A stretch of DNA of 64,000 nucleotides from Leucoraja erinacea (GCF_028641065.1 NC_073395.1:21080001-21144000); one strand, 5' to 3'. Positions 1-14,000 are shown, counted from the stretch's first letter. The notes: a model not told the origin generated them from the letters alone. Made by a program: numbers and translations.

Positions 1-438
1 GAATGATAGAAAGGTTTGGAGGGGCTGTATGGTTTCCTGTTCCCAATCAATAGGATAGTATAGTTTGGAGGGACAGAATGGCCTCCTATTCACAATTCAC
101 TGGATAGCATAGGTTGAAGGCAGAATGATAGCAGAGGTTGGAGGCGCTGAATAGCCTCCTATTCCCAACCCACAATATGATAGCATAGATTGCATGGGCT
201 GAGTGGGCTTATTTCTAATCCACAGCACGAGAACATAGGTTGGAGGGGCTGAATTGCATCCTATTTCATCCCAACAATAATAGCAGAGATTGGAGAGGCT
301 GAATGGCCTATTCCTAGCCCACAGTATGATAGCATACGTTGGATGGGCTGAGTGGCCTCCTAATTCCAACCCACAGTATGATAGCAAAAGATGGATGGGT
401 TGAGTGATCTCCTATTCCTACTGACAGAATGATAGCAT
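1..438. repeat. ~51-52 bp tandem minisatellite, left part (intron 1 of GLIPR1-like copy A)
   Basis: About 8 diverged units of gaatgatagcataggttggatgggctgaatggcctcctattcctactgaca; runs off the window start. Confidence 0.85.
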
Positions 439-2518
439 CTGTTCTGGGTTCGCCACCTTTTCTTGAATCGCCTCCACCTCTGTGCCTTTTTCTGTGGGAA
501 GGAGTACTCACCATCCAGTGATGACCCCTACTCCATCGGTCTCCCTCCTCTTGGACTCCCCCTAACAGCCTTCTACCTTCTCTAGGCTTTTTTATTTCTA
601 ATTGCTGGCGTGGTATCAACCGTCTTAACTTTTCCACTCCCCTTACATACTCTAACCTCATCCCCTCTGAACGTACAGCCCTCCACTAACTCTACAGCAA
701 CCTCAACATTATCATCAAACCTGTCAGCTGACCTCTACCGCACTGAGGGCAGGTGCCAGGTCTCGGACACCTCCTCCTACCTATCCTTAGACCATGAACC
801 GACAGATGAGCACCAGGCTATAATCAGACAATTTCTGATTTCATCACTTCTGGCTATCTGCCTTGCACAGCCTCCAACCTTATCGTTTCCCAGCCCCGCA
901 CAGCCCTGTTTTACCTTCTCCTCAAAATCCATCAACACAACTGCCCTGGCAGACCCATTGTTTCTGCCTGCTCCTGTCCAACTGAAATGATTTCCACCTA
1001 CTTCGACTCCATCCCATTCCCCCTGGTCCAATCTCTCCCAATCTATGTCCAAAATACCTTCCATGCCCTTCGTCTCTTTAATAACTTCTCGCTTTCCGAG
1101 CCCCCACTCCCTCATCTTTACTATGGACGTTCAGTCACTCTACACCTCCATCCCCCACCAGGAAGGCCTTAAAGCCGTTTCTTCCATGACTGCACGACTA
1201 TCCAATTTGTCTCTTCTAACACTCTGCCTAGTGGAGTAGGTCCTCACCTTTAAAAATGTCTCCTTCGATTCCTCCCACTTCCTCCAAGTCCAAGGCATAA
1301 CTATGGGCACCCACATGGGCCCCAGCTATGCCTGCCTCTTTGTAGTGTATGTTGAACAATCAGTTTCAGGCGTACACTGGCCCTATCCCCAAAGTCTATC
1401 TCCGTTACATTGACAACTGTATCAGTGCTACCTCCTGCACCCATGCAGAACTCATGGACTTCATCAACTACACTACCAATTTCCATCCTGCAATCAAATT
1501 TACTTGGACCACCTCCGACAACTCCCTCCCCTTTCTTGATCTGCCACCATCACAGGAAATAGACTATCAACTGACCCACTGACTCCCACAACTATCTTGA
1601 GTACACGTTTTACCACCCTGCTTCCTGCAAAAACTCTATCCCCTACTCCCAATTCCTCCATCTACGCCGCATCTGCAGCCAAGATGAGATTACCTCATTT
1701 TTTAGAGAACGGGGGTTCCCTCTCCCATCATAGTTGGGGCCCTCACTCGTGTCTCGTCGGTACCCAGGGTACACCATCAGCCGTCGCATAAAACACATAA
1801 TCTCTCAAAATATTTGTCAGCTCTCCTTCATCCCTTCCCACCTAAACCACCCCGTCCCCAGGCAACCTTCCCTTCCAACTGCAGAACATGCAACACGTGT
1901 CCCTTTACCTACTCCCTCGATTCTTTCAGGTTAGGCAGAGGTTCACTTGCACCTCCCCCAACCTCATCTACTGTATCCGTTGTTCAAGATGTGGACTCTT
2001 ATACATCAGCGAGACCAAACGCAGACTGGCCGATCGTTTCGCTGAACGCCTTTGTTCAGTCCGCCTGAACCTACCTGATCTCCCGATTGCTAAACACTTT
2101 AATTCTCCTTCCCATTTCCACAGACCTTTCTGTTCCTAGGTCTCCTCCATTGTCAGAGTGAGGCTAAACGCTAATTGGAGGAATAGCATCTCATATTTCG
2201 CTTTGGCAGCTTACAGCCCAGTGGTATGAATATTGATTTCTCTAACTTCATGTAACCCTGGCATTCCCTCTCTAATCCCCCCTCCCAGCCAAGTCACACC
2301 AGCTTCTCGTTTTCACCCAACAGCTAACAAGGACTTGTTTCCTTTATCATAGTTACTTTTTTCTATATCTTTCATTCATAGTTCTTTATGTCTACATCAT
2401 CGTCTATCTCTCGTTTCCCTTATCCCTAACCAGTCTCGACCCAAAACGTCACCCATTCCTTCATTCTAGAGTCGCTGCCTGTCCTGCTGAGTTATTCCAG
2501 CTGTTTGCGTCTATCTTT
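439..2518 (+). mobile_element. Degenerate Penelope-like retroelement (RT + GIY-YIG endonuclease)
   Basis: RT motifs MGTHMGPSYACLFV (~1303-1345) and YLRYIDNCI; GIY-YIG NLIYCIRCSRCGLLYISETKRRLADRFAE (ORF 1888-2139); terminal pLTR-like segment; many frameshifts; flanked by gaatgatagcat (427-438) / gaatgatagtat (2519-2530). Confidence 0.88.
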
Positions 2519-3095
2519 GAATGATAGTATAGTCAGATGGGCTGAATGACCTATTTTCTACCAACAGACTGATAGCATGGGTTGAATAGCCTCCCATTCC
2601 TACTGATGGAATGAGAGTATAGGTTGGATTGGCTAAATAGCCCCCTATTCATTACCAACAATGGTGGCAATGATTGGATGGGCTGACCAGTGCCCTATTC
2701 CTGACAGAATAATAGTACAGCTTGGATGGGCTGAATAGCCTCCTATTCCTACTGACAGAATGATAGCATAGGTCAGATGGGCTAAATGACCCATTTCCTA
2801 CCAACAGAATGATAGTATGGGTTGGATGGGCTGAGTGACCTCCTAGACCCAACCCAAAGAATTATAGCCTAGATTGGATGGGCTGGATGACCTATGCTCA
2901 ACCAACAGAATGATAGGAGAGAAGCAGAATAGTCTCCTAACCCTTACCGACAATAGCAGATTTTGGATGGGCTGAATAACCCCCTATCCTTACCAAACTG
3001 AATGATAGCAGTTATTTGATAGGCTGAAAGCCCTATTCCCTACCAAATTGAATTATAGCAGGGAGTGGAGGCTGAATGGCCTCCTATACCCACAC
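2519..3095. repeat. ~51-52 bp tandem minisatellite, right part
   Basis: About 11 further units of the same repeat as 1-438. Confidence 0.85.
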
Positions 3096-3389
3096 CTCCT
3101 GACTCAGAATAATTTAAAAATCCCGACACGATTTTGCCTGACACGACGACTTTCTTCCTCGTCAGCCACTCCCGGGCCCCAGAGTTTGAAATTTGTTTTA
3201 TATATATAGCGCGTCTGTATTTTTGCGGCCCGGCTCCGTCGTCGTCTGTAGAATTGGCGGGAAAGGTGCGGGTTGACTGGATGGCGTGGGAAAACCCGGG
3301 CCCAACTGCCGGCCGCTTCCAGATCTTTCCATCGGCTGCGGCGACCATCGAGTTCCCCGGACCCCCACGTCCCCGGCTTCACACTTTAC

Positions 3390-3560
3390 CATCTTAAACA
3401 TGTTGCCGGCCACTGGGTTCACCGCCGCCCGATATTTGTTGTGCTCGGTCACGCATTCCGCTATAAAACCCGCGTCGGTGATGGAGTAGACGTCGGCGGA
3501 CACCGGTAGCGGCGAGCAAAGGGCAAGTAACAGCAGCCGTGCAGCGACCACAGCAGCCAT
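3390..3560 (-). CDS. GLIPR1-like CAP protein copy A, coding exon 1 (rest of gene lies left of the window)
   Basis: MAAVVAARLLLLALCSPLPVSADVYSITDAGFIAECVTEHNKYRAAVNPVAGNMFKM: signal peptide + F..ECV..HN.YR..V.P.A.NM..M; strong Kozak cccgccATGG; phase-0 donor ATG|gtaaag, as in copies B and C. Confidence 0.88.
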
Positions 3561-3593
3561 GGCGGGCGGGCAGGAGCGCGGGTTCCCGAGCTC

Positions 3594-3645
3594 GCGCATG
3601 CGCCTCCCCCCCCCCCCCCCCCCCCCCCCCATGGCCTGAACCAAT
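3594..3645. promoter_or_regulatory. Putative proximal promoter of copy A (NRF1-like palindrome, C-run, CCAAT)
   Basis: GCGCATGCGC at 3594-3603, 34 nt upstream of the ATG in a CpG-rich patch; ccaat at 3641-3645. Confidence 0.4.
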
Positions 3646-3864
3646 ACAGCAATGGTAACATTAGTCCTTCGGCCCTACTCCTCCATGCTGATCAGGATAC
3701 CCATCATTTGCCTCCACCTTTCTCTACACCTCCTCCATCCATGTTGGTTTATTCAAATGTTCATGTCATAGGAGCAGAATCAGGTCATTGGCCTCATCAA
3801 GTCTACTTCTGCAATCATACTGTGAGTTGGGAATCGGTTATTCAACTCATCCTATCTCTGCTAT

Positions 3865-4088
3865 CTGTGGAATTCTCTGCCGCAGAAGGTAGTTGAGGCC
3901 AGTTCATTGGCTATATTTATGAGGGAGTTAGATGTGGCCCTTGTGGCTAAAGGGATCAGGGGGTATGGAGAGAAGGCAGGTACAGGATACTAAGTTGGAT
4001 GATCAGCCATGATCATATTGAATGGCGGTGCAGGCTCGAAGGGCCGAATGGCCTACTCCTGCACCTATTTTCTATGTTTCTATGCTAT
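3865..4088 (+). mobile_element. CR1 LINE 3' fragment
   Basis: LWNSLPQKVVEA coding end + 3' UTR aagggccgaatggcctactcctgcacctattttctatgtttctatg. Confidence 0.85.
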
Positions 4089-7000
4089 GTTCTGATCTAT
4101 CATGCCTTCTCCCCATAACTCCTGACACCCGTACTAATCAAAAATCTATCTTATCTCTGCCATAAAAATATCCATTGACGCCCTCCACAGCCTTCTTCGG
4201 CAATGATTCCACAGATTCACCACCCTCTGACTAAATGAATCATCTCACCTCCTCTCCTTGCCAAAAGGAATGTCCTTTTATTCTGAGGCTGTTCCCTCTG
4301 GTCCTAACCGCTCCTATTGGAAACATCCTCTGAACATTCATTCCATCCAGGCCTTTCACTTCAGTACGTTTCAATGAGGTCCCTCCTTGGACCCCCCCCC
4401 CCCCCCCCCCCCCCCTCCCCCCCCCTGTTGGCAGGTTAAACTGCAGATGCTAAAATCTGGAACAAAACACAAAATGATGCAGTGGTGGGATATGGATTAT
4501 TTGGAAATATCTGTAGAGAAATTGCAGATGGAGTTTAATTGCAACAAGTGTGAAGTGCTGCAATTTGGTAGTCAGAGTATGCAGTAAATGACATGATCCT
4601 TGGGAATATTGCACAGGGGGATGTTAAGAGAACAGCACAGTAGGAGAGCTGCTACCTTACAGTGCCAGAGTACAATCCCTGCCTCAACTACTTCCTCTGG
4701 CATCTCGTTCCATATCCCCACCTCGCTGTGTGTGAAGAAGTTGCCATTCGGGTTCCTTATTATTTATTTCCTTTCTCACCTTAAACCTATGTTCTCTGGT
4801 TCTTGATTCCTCTACCCTGGGAAAAAGACTTGCTTCTCATCTCATATCATAAAAACCTAATGTCACCCCTAAGCCCCTCCTGTCCCAACTTTATTCATTT
4901 TGATTATTTTTCATAAGCAAAATCTGTTAGATTTGTCTATTTTTTTTTAACAGCTGAGGAGATTCACCAGGATATAATAATTCAGTTAGGAGAGTGAATA
5001 GATTGCAATTGTTCCCTTAAGTTGGAGGAGGATGGGGTTGCAGCATCTGATTGAGGCAAAAAAAAATATTGAAGGATAGGTATTAATAACAACATTTTCA
5101 GAGCTATCAAAGACTAGAGGACATGGATTTATGGAAAAGAAGACATTTACAAGAGATTTGCGAAATAATTCTATCACCCAAAGGATGGTTGAAATTTGGA
5201 AAATATTGCCTGCCGGGTGGTGGAGGCAAAGACTCTCGTAACCTTTAAGTGTGGAGAATGACAAGAAGTTGGCTTTTCATACATGTTTGTAAAATAAAAT
5301 TTAAGTGGCAATGGAAGGAATATCCAACATTCGTGGCCAACACAGAAATGAAGTCAACATTGAAAATTAGAAGGGATGGGCAGATTATGAAATGATAGGA
5401 AAGATAAATGTCCAATATCTGATCTGGATGAGGTAGTGGAATCTGTTAATAGCGAGAGTGCCTGAGCACTAATAGTAAGGATTTATTGCAGGCAAATCAT
5501 GTTTAACTAATCCAACTATTTTTTTAAGGGATTCATTAACATGGTTGATAAAGGAACAGCTGTGAATGTTATTATCTGAGCACAACCGTCTTTGCGGCAA
5601 TATTTTGTGGCCTGCCTAATAGACCACCACATCCTTGAGAGGTGAAAGTGGTCCTCAATAGCAGAATCCAGACACCTAGAACACACTTTTAGGCTTTCTG
5701 AAAGAATTCTCAAAAGACCTCCAATGGTGAAATTGCTTTGGTATTCTGTTAATTGCCACTTTCACTGGGGTCATGCCAATTTTTTAGACTTTACCCCTAA
5801 TTCTGCAAAAAGGACTGAATAGACTGGTGGGGAAAAGCAGATACATTTTATTAATGTATGGTTTATAAAGCTATTACAATTATATACACAATGTTCAATT
5901 AATAAAATTTAAAATGATAAAATACTTGAAATTGCACATGACAACTGACATCCAGTTGAAATTCAAATGAGGGAATGACTTCACTAAAGAAACAATCAAT
6001 ACAAAATAAATACAATATGTTCCGGATTAGTATTGCAAACATTATACAGCAATCACTGTATGATTACATATAGTGGCAGGATCAATCGGGAGAGAATGGT
6101 GCTTATCTGAAAATTTCTGTTGAATTAGATAACTGAATATTTGAATCTACACAGGATTCTATTGGAATCCCCATTGTTGATTTCAGAGCAATCTTTAATC
6201 TTTTTTTTTTAATGTGTTTGATATGTTTAATAATACCAAATCTGACACCCTTTCTCAGAAATCTAGGTTTGGTTCATTTAAAAATCTGTTTCATCCTTAT
6301 GCACTGCCAATCCCAAATGTTTGCTAAAACACATCAAATACTCATTAGTAATGATGGGGAGCAAACAATTTCTCAGATACATTTATCCAAGGCTCTCAAA
6401 AAATACTTGATTATTAAATATTGACGCATAGTAACATTAACTACAACTAGATAAGAATACAGACATATAATTATTTGACCATTGAACCTCACCTTTAAAC
6501 AAATAAATACTAAATTTGATTTCTCAGAAATGTAGACAAGAAAATAAATCCAAAAGAATCACATAAAGTGATGGAAATGCTGCAATGTGGGATGATTAAG
6601 AGTCAGTTTCAAATTGATGACCTTTCTGCCTGAAATTCTGCCAGTTTGTTTCCTCTCTGCCAAATACTGCCTGATATTCTGAGTATTTTCAATAACTTCA
6701 ATCTTTGTTTCAAATTGCCATTGTCTACCCTATTTAGTTTTTGTTCTTTAGCACTATAAAATACATAAAGATTGATACTTTTTTCTGAATGTCGTTATAT
6801 TTTTTGCAGAGTGCCATTTGAATGCTAGATGATTTTTACCTTAACTCACTGAACTATACAAGATGCGTATTAGTTCTTAAAGCCTAACTTGCCCCAAATT
6901 ATGTCCATCAGATGACGTTACCCTGTTGGTTATATAACTATTTCAACAAGCTAAAAAAATGACCAAGGGAACAAAGCCTGCAGCCACCAGTAGTTTTCAT

Positions 7001-7229
7001 CTATTCTAATAGCTGAAGTGGAAATCAGTTTAATTTCTTTCTTTCTTTCAAGGAGTTCAAGGTGCCTTTTACTGCATGTTAATAATTCCGTCCAGTACGC
7101 AATGTAGTACTGTATGACATACATTAACAGACAGTAAAGGGAATAAATTACAAATAATTCTGTTCTCATCTATTTGGTATATGTACATAATCTCTTTCTG
7201 CTATTCCTTCAGAATTAAATGTAACATGT

Positions 7230-7406
7230 AAAAAGGAACCTCAGACGCTGGTTTAAACCGAAGATAGACACAAAAAGCTGGAGTAACTCAGCGGGACAGG
7301 CAGCATCTCTGGAAAGAAGGGTCTTGACCAGAAACGTCACCCATTCCTTCTCTCCATAGATGCTGCCTTCCTACTGAGTTACTCCAGCCTTTTGGGTCTA
7401 TCTTCG
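7230..7406. repeat. Palindromic Penelope pLTR-derived short element
   Basis: gaagatagacacaaaaagctggagtaactcag... inverted as ...ctgagttactccagccttttgggtctatcttc around a hammerhead remnant (gaagggtcttgaccagaaacgtcac). Confidence 0.75.
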
Positions 7407-7944
7407 AATTAAATGTAATGCTGGATGTCATTTCCACTGGGTTTTTTTCTAGTTCTTGCATTGGTTTAAAATTTTGACACCATAAATATAAAGTGATGGT
7501 AAAAAGGCTACCTTAAATAATAAAAAAATTCTCAATTATTGACAAAATCTTTTATTCAACACAAAGATGCGTTGGTCAATATTTGTGATGATATTAAAAG
7601 TTTAGTTACTGAGTTACCCGAGCATTTTGTTTTCTATAAAAGTTCAGTAAATTGGATATCAGCTTTATTTTGCAAACTAATTGATAAATTTGAATCCCTT
7701 GAATTAGTATCTAAACTTGGATATATTCAGCAAAACTGGAACATTTTACAAATATAATTCTCCCCCCCCCCCCCCCCCCCGCAGAAAACTGGAGGTAATG
7801 TGTTTTTTAAATTAAATGTAAGGCTGGAAGTAAATCCCTATTTACATTGTTAGCAATGCTAACAGTGCTAATGATGATACTGTTGAAACAGAGGAAAATT
7901 AGGGAAGAAAAAGATAATAAATTACATGAAATTTGTCCTGGGAG

Positions 7945-8057
7945 TTACCATAAAATAGATAATATATATATATGTATTATAATAGATAATAGTAGCAAAA
8001 AGCATTTTGACAATAAAATGGATGCTGACCCAAAATCTGGTTTCCATTTAGGATATT
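7945..8057 (-). CDS. Copy B exon 6 (hydrophobic C-terminus, stop)
   Basis: acceptor ttttacag|; (Q)YPKWKPDFGSASILLSKCFLLLLSIIIHIYILSILW*. Confidence 0.8.
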
Positions 8058-11000
8058 CTGTAAAATATGAAAAAAAGAATATGTAGTTTGCCACAATAAC
8101 ATTAACAATATTTGGAATTAGCTATTTATATTAATGCATTAAAAACATACGACTGATTGATTCTCGATCTGGATCACCTGAAAACAGAAAAAGAAAGGTG
8201 CAAGTCAAATAAGTTGCTGAAATTAATAATTAAATCTTTTCAATCTATTTGACTTAACTTACTGCATAACTTGTTCCTGCAAAAATCTGGACCACAATAG
8301 GTACAAGGCGGCCCTCTTATATAGGGTAATTCTCCTTTAAGATTTCCACTGTAAAAATAGTTGGAATCATAATGTTTATTAGTCATGCAAGAGGTACAGA
8401 ATTTTGAAAATGCATACCTCCAGATTCAGGGACAATTTCTTCCCAGCCATTACCAGTCTACTGAACAAGTCTCTCACCAGCTAAAGTGCAGTCCTGACCT
8501 CCCATTTACCTCATTTGAGACCTTTGAACTATCTTTAATCGGACTTTATGTTGCACTAAATTATGTACCCTTTATCCTTTATCTGTGCACTGTGGATACC
8601 TTGATTGTAGTCATGCATAGACTTTGAGTGGATAAGTATTTGAAAGATCTAGGAAAGATTGAGGATAAAAAGACACAAAATGCTGGAGTAACTCAACGGG
8701 TCAGGCAGCATCTCTGGAGAACATGGATAGGCGACTTTTCATGTCGGGGCCCTTATTGGGTCCAGCATCTGCTGTTCTTTGCTTCTACTTGAAACTGGCA
8801 CAGAAGAGTTGCTGAGACTAACATAGATCAGCCATACTGAATTTTCTATCTTATTCTATATTTTGGATTTGGATTTGAAAAAGCCATTGCATGCATAGTA
8901 GGAGTTATGATGAAACAAAAACAGATACTGCAGACAAGGCAAACAAAATTATACTGTGGTTCAGGAATAGATATAATGAGGAAATATTAAGTAGTGTTTT
9001 CACATTGCAATCATAGGAAGAATTTTTTTTTTTTAATGATCATTTCTTTTAAATGATTTAAAAGAAGGCAGGAATTTCTGGGCATAATCCGGAAGACGCA
9101 GGATCATTTCATTCCAAAAAGGAAGAAAGGTTTTAAGGGTAGTAGGAGGCAACCGTGGCTGACAAGAGAAGTTAGGGATAGAATAAAACTAAAAGAAATG
9201 ATGTATAACACAGCAAAGAGTAGCCGTAAGCCAGAGGATTGGGAAACTTTCATAGGACAACAGAAGGAAATAAAACGGGCAATACAGGCTGAAAAGATGA
9301 AGTACGAGGGGAAGCTGGCCAGGAATATAAATGACAGTAAAAGCTTCTTTAGATATGTTAAGGGAAAAAGAGTAGCAAAGTCAAATGTGGGTCCCTTGAA
9401 GGCAGACATGGGTGAAATTATTATGGGCAATAAGGAAATGGCAGAAGAGTTGAATAGGTACTTCGGATCTGTCTTCACTAAGGAAGACACAAACAATCTC
9501 CCAGATGTACTGGAGGACAGAGGATCTAAGGGGGTAGAGGAACTGAAAGAAATTTTCATTAGGCAAGAAATAGTATTGGGTAGGCTAATGGGACTGAAGG
9601 ATGATAAATCCCCTGGACCTGATGGCCTGCATCACAGGGTCCTGAGGGAGGTGGCTCTAGAAATAGTGGACGCATTGGTGATCATTTTCCAATGTTCAAT
9701 AGATTCAGGATTAGATCCGGTGGATTGGAGGATAGCTAATGTTATCCCACTTTTCAAGAAAGGAGCGAGAGAGAAAACGGGGAATTACAGACCAGTTAGC
9801 CTGACTTCGGTGGTAGGAAAGATGCTGGAGTCAATTATTTAAGACACATTTGGATAGCAGTAAAAGGATTAGTCCAAGTCAACATGGATTTATGAAAGGG
9901 AAATCATGCTTGACTAATCTTCTGGAATTTTTTGAGGATGTGACAAGTAAAATGGATGAAGGGGTGCCAGTGGATGTAGTGTATCTAGACTTTCAGAAAG
10001 CCTTTGATAAGGTCCCGCACAGGAGACTGGTGACTAAAATTAGAGCACATGGTATTGGGGGTAGGGTGTTGACATGGATAGAAAATTGGTTGGCATACCG
10101 GAAGCAAAGAGTAGGAGTGAACGGGTCCTTTTCAGAATGGCATGCAGTGGCGAGTGGAGTGCCGCAAGGCTCGGTGTTGGGGCCGCAACTGTTTATCATA
10201 TATATTAATGATTTGGAAGAGGGAATTAGGAGCAACACTAGCAAGTTTGCGGATGACACAAAGCTGGGTGCCAGTGTGAACAGTGAAAAGAATGTTAGGA
10301 GGTTGCAGGGTAACCTGGACAGGTTGAGTGTGTGGGCAGATGCGTGGCAGATGCAGTATAATATAGATAAATGTGAGGTTATCCACTTTGGCGGCAAAAA
10401 CAAGGGGGCAGATTATTATCTCAATGGGTTAGGTAAGGGGGAGGTACAGCGAGACCTGGGTGTCCTTGTATACCGGTCACTGAAAGTTGGCGTGCAGGTA
10501 CAGCAGGCAGTGAAGAAAGCTAATGGAATGTTGGCCTTCATAACAAGAGGATTTCAGTATAGGAGTAAAGAGGTTCTTCTGCAGTTGTATAGGGCTCTGG
10601 TGAGACCACATCTGGAGTATTGTTTACAGCTTTGGTCTAATTTGAGGAAGGACATCCTTGTGATTGAGGCACTGCAGCGTAGGTTCACGAGATTGATCCC
10701 TGGGATGGCGGGACTGTCATACGAGGAAAGATTGAAAAGACTAGGCTTGTATTCACTGGAGTTTAGAAGGATGAGGGGGAATCTTATAGAACCATATAAA
10801 ATTATAAAAGGACTGGACAAGCTAGATGCAGGAAAAATGTTCCCAATGTTAGGTGAGTCCAGAACCAGGGGCCACAGTCTTAGAATAAAGGGGAGGTCAT
10901 TTAAGACTGAGGTGAGAAAAAACTTTTTCACCCAGAGAGTTGTGAATTTATGGAATTCCCTGCAACAGAGGGCAGTGGAGGCCAAATCACTGGATGGATT

Positions 11001-14000
11001 TAAGAAAGAGTTAGATAGAGGCTCTAGGGGCTAGTGGAGTCAAGGGATATGGGGAGAAGGCTGGCGTGGGTTATTGATAGGGGACGATCAGCCATGATCA
11101 CAATGAATGGCAGTGCTGGCTCAAAGGGCCGAACGGCCTCCTCCTGCACCTGTTTTCTATGTTTCTATGATCAATGCTTTGCATATTTCTGATCTTTTAT
11201 TGCTGGCAAAAAAGGAAGTTCTGTGGAAATTTGATATCAATTAATAACTATGATTAATGCAGGCAAATAGAATTAGGATGGATGAGCATCTTGGCTGGCA
11301 TGGATGAATTGGGCCGAAGGATCTGCTTTCAGGCCTTTGTATCAATCATTGTTAATTTCAATATGCTGATACATTTGCTATATTTGCACCTGTGGCACCT
11401 ATGGCACATTACGGTGAAGTCAATACCTGTGCCAGGGCAGCACAGCAGTAGAATTGCTGCCTTACAGCGCCAGAGACCCGGGTTCGATCCTGACTACGGG
11501 TGCTGTCTGTACAGAGTTTTTATGTTCTCCCTGTGACCGCATGGGTTTCTCTGCGTGGGTTTTCTTCCGACATTCCAAAGACATACAGTATTGTAAGTTA
11601 ATTGGCCTCTGTAAATTTTGTGTAGGATAGTGTTAGTGTATGGGGATCGCTGATTGGCGTGGACTTGGTGGACCGTAGGGCCTGTTTCTGCGGTGTATCT
11701 CTCAACTAAAAAAAATACAAAAATAAAATTACGGCACAAGTTGTGTGTGGTGCAGTGACCAAGGCCAATGAAGGATTGTAGTGTGATATATTCCAACAAG
11801 TTCTGGTCATTTTCTATCTTAGCATATAAAACTCTTATCTGTCCAAGTGCTATAACTATTTATAAAATATTGAAGCAACAGTATTTTCCAGCTAGTAATC
11901 AATCAATTGCTAAAATTTTGCAACAGCTTAATTATTAAATTGTCAGATTGTTCATCAAAGTGATAATATTAAGATCATTCTTTGTCATTTAAAAAAAAGT
12001 AACATTGCAAAATAAATATTTATGTAGGTCTTGTAACATTGCAAACATGGTATTTCAAGCAATACAATGAAAATACTCACCTGGGGGTATAATTACACAC
12101 AAACAATATTCCACTTGTCAAGTTAGAATTTTGAATCCCTTTCTTACAATGATTAGCACCACAGCCAAGTTTATAACTATCTCCCCATATAAGCTAGAAG
12201 AGAAGTAAAAATTATTAATTGTTCTCAAAAGGAAGATTAAACTTTATATCGATCTAATGTGGTTAATTAGATACAGTGCTTTTTCTTTTAAGAGATTTTT
12301 ATATTTATCACATAAATATTTGTTTCTATCTTTAAAGAACCAAGTTGCATTTTTAACTGCTTTGGATTCTTTTTGACAAGCCAAAGCTTTAAAGGGTTTG
12401 CAATGGAGCATCTATGTTCCTTCATTTCTATGGACTGGAGGGGGTTTTAAGAAAGTAGATTCAATGTCACCATTTCGAAAATATTTGTAAATACCTTTTA
12501 CAGTTTGTGTGGAAGCATGTCCTGAAGTGCTGCCATGCCTCACAGTAAACAAAATGTTTCAAACTAATTCTTGCAGGCCAGGTAAAAATATTTGGATTAA
12601 AGCAAGTAGGTCAACGCTTTTTGCGGCTTCTTTGGAAAGACCCCTTACCGTACAAATTTGGAACCATCAGACACATTGTCCATTTTAAAGATTAGAGAAA
12701 GCCTTTTGGGAGGGCAATGGAAGATTAGTAAGGCTAGCTGCTTAGATGATTTCAGAAGGTGCACAAAAATGCTGGAGAAACTCAGCGGGTGCAGCAGCAT
12801 CTGGAGAAACTCAGCGGGTGCAGCAGCATTGAATTTATTTCAGAGCTTTCTCATTGCATTAATAATTCTTGCTGATGCATAGGTACTATGAGAAAGAGCA
12901 CAATAAAGTGAATGAAGATTACATGAGCACTAGAAGATGTGAAAGTGGGATAACACAGAGCTGGTGTGAATGGATGATCAAAGATCAGCGTGGACATGGT
13001 GAATCGCTTCATTCTGTATCCTTCAATTAAATCCATTTCAGCTCCAAAAGCTAATCTTTTATGAAATCTCCCAACAATCCATCACTGCCTTGGCTTCATT
13101 CATTTCCTCAGTAACATTAAAAGTAAAACTGGCACTGTGCTAAATCAGACTGTATAAAGAGATGTAACATGCATTCAGGGATGTAGAGATCAGGAAAGGA
13201 CTTTTGTTGATCATTTAAACTTCCAAGGAATAAATAGCACTATTCAAGTCGAGTGTTGAAACAGTTAATTCTGGGATTATTCAAGGACATCAGGCAAAGT
13301 AGAATAAATTTGCTGATTTATTTATCATATGCAAATAGTTCCATTAAATAAGTATGAAAAGTTCTATTTTCTCGATTACATATAATGAAATAGTACTTTT
13401 CAAATAATGTATTAATTTAATGGAACCAGCTGCAAATATACTATTGGAAAATTATAACGTACACTTCATAAATAGAAACTAATGTAATCAAACATGCAAG
13501 TTGCTAAGATCATACCCTTATATCAAGCATTTAATTTGGCAATTTTGATTGCTGGACATATAATCCAGAAAAAATTTAAGAATTAGGGAGTATGATCTTA
13601 ATATAAAGGATGAAATTACAGACAAATTTCTTTATGAAGAATGTTGCAATTGTTTTTTACCCCATCTGGCTTTGATGTTCAACAATAGTGTATTTATGGC
13701 TGAGAGATTGATTTTCAGCAGAGAAATCAAAGTAGACAAAACTATAATCTTGAGAGTCGGTTTGATGAATTTATTTCTGCTCTATTTCATTCTTACAAGT
13801 AGATATTTATCACCCATTTCACACTCATCCAAACTGAAGAGTAGTATCTTGAGGTGATAATTTATACTGCGCATTCCCCTTTACTGTGACTAAATATATG
13901 ACAATATCGAACAGGAAGCATAGTAGGGAGTAAGGCAAGGATTACCTGGGTGAAACGATCACACTTTTGTTGCTTTACGCATGTATTTTGGTAATAATCA

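Noticed and set aside
1-3095. CRISPR-like regular repeat
   Set aside because: Whole units are mutually similar with no unique spacers; eukaryotic intron; no cas genes
3561-3644. N-terminal poly-Gly extension of copy A given by the ORF track
   Set aside because: Comes from a homopolymer run; the ATG at 3560 has an optimal Kozak context and starts a signal peptide matching the other paralogs
11435-11520. Possible tRNA genes (also 43484, 58350, 41500)
   Set aside because: tRNA-like heads continue into a SINE core and LINE-like tail; no complete cloverleaf
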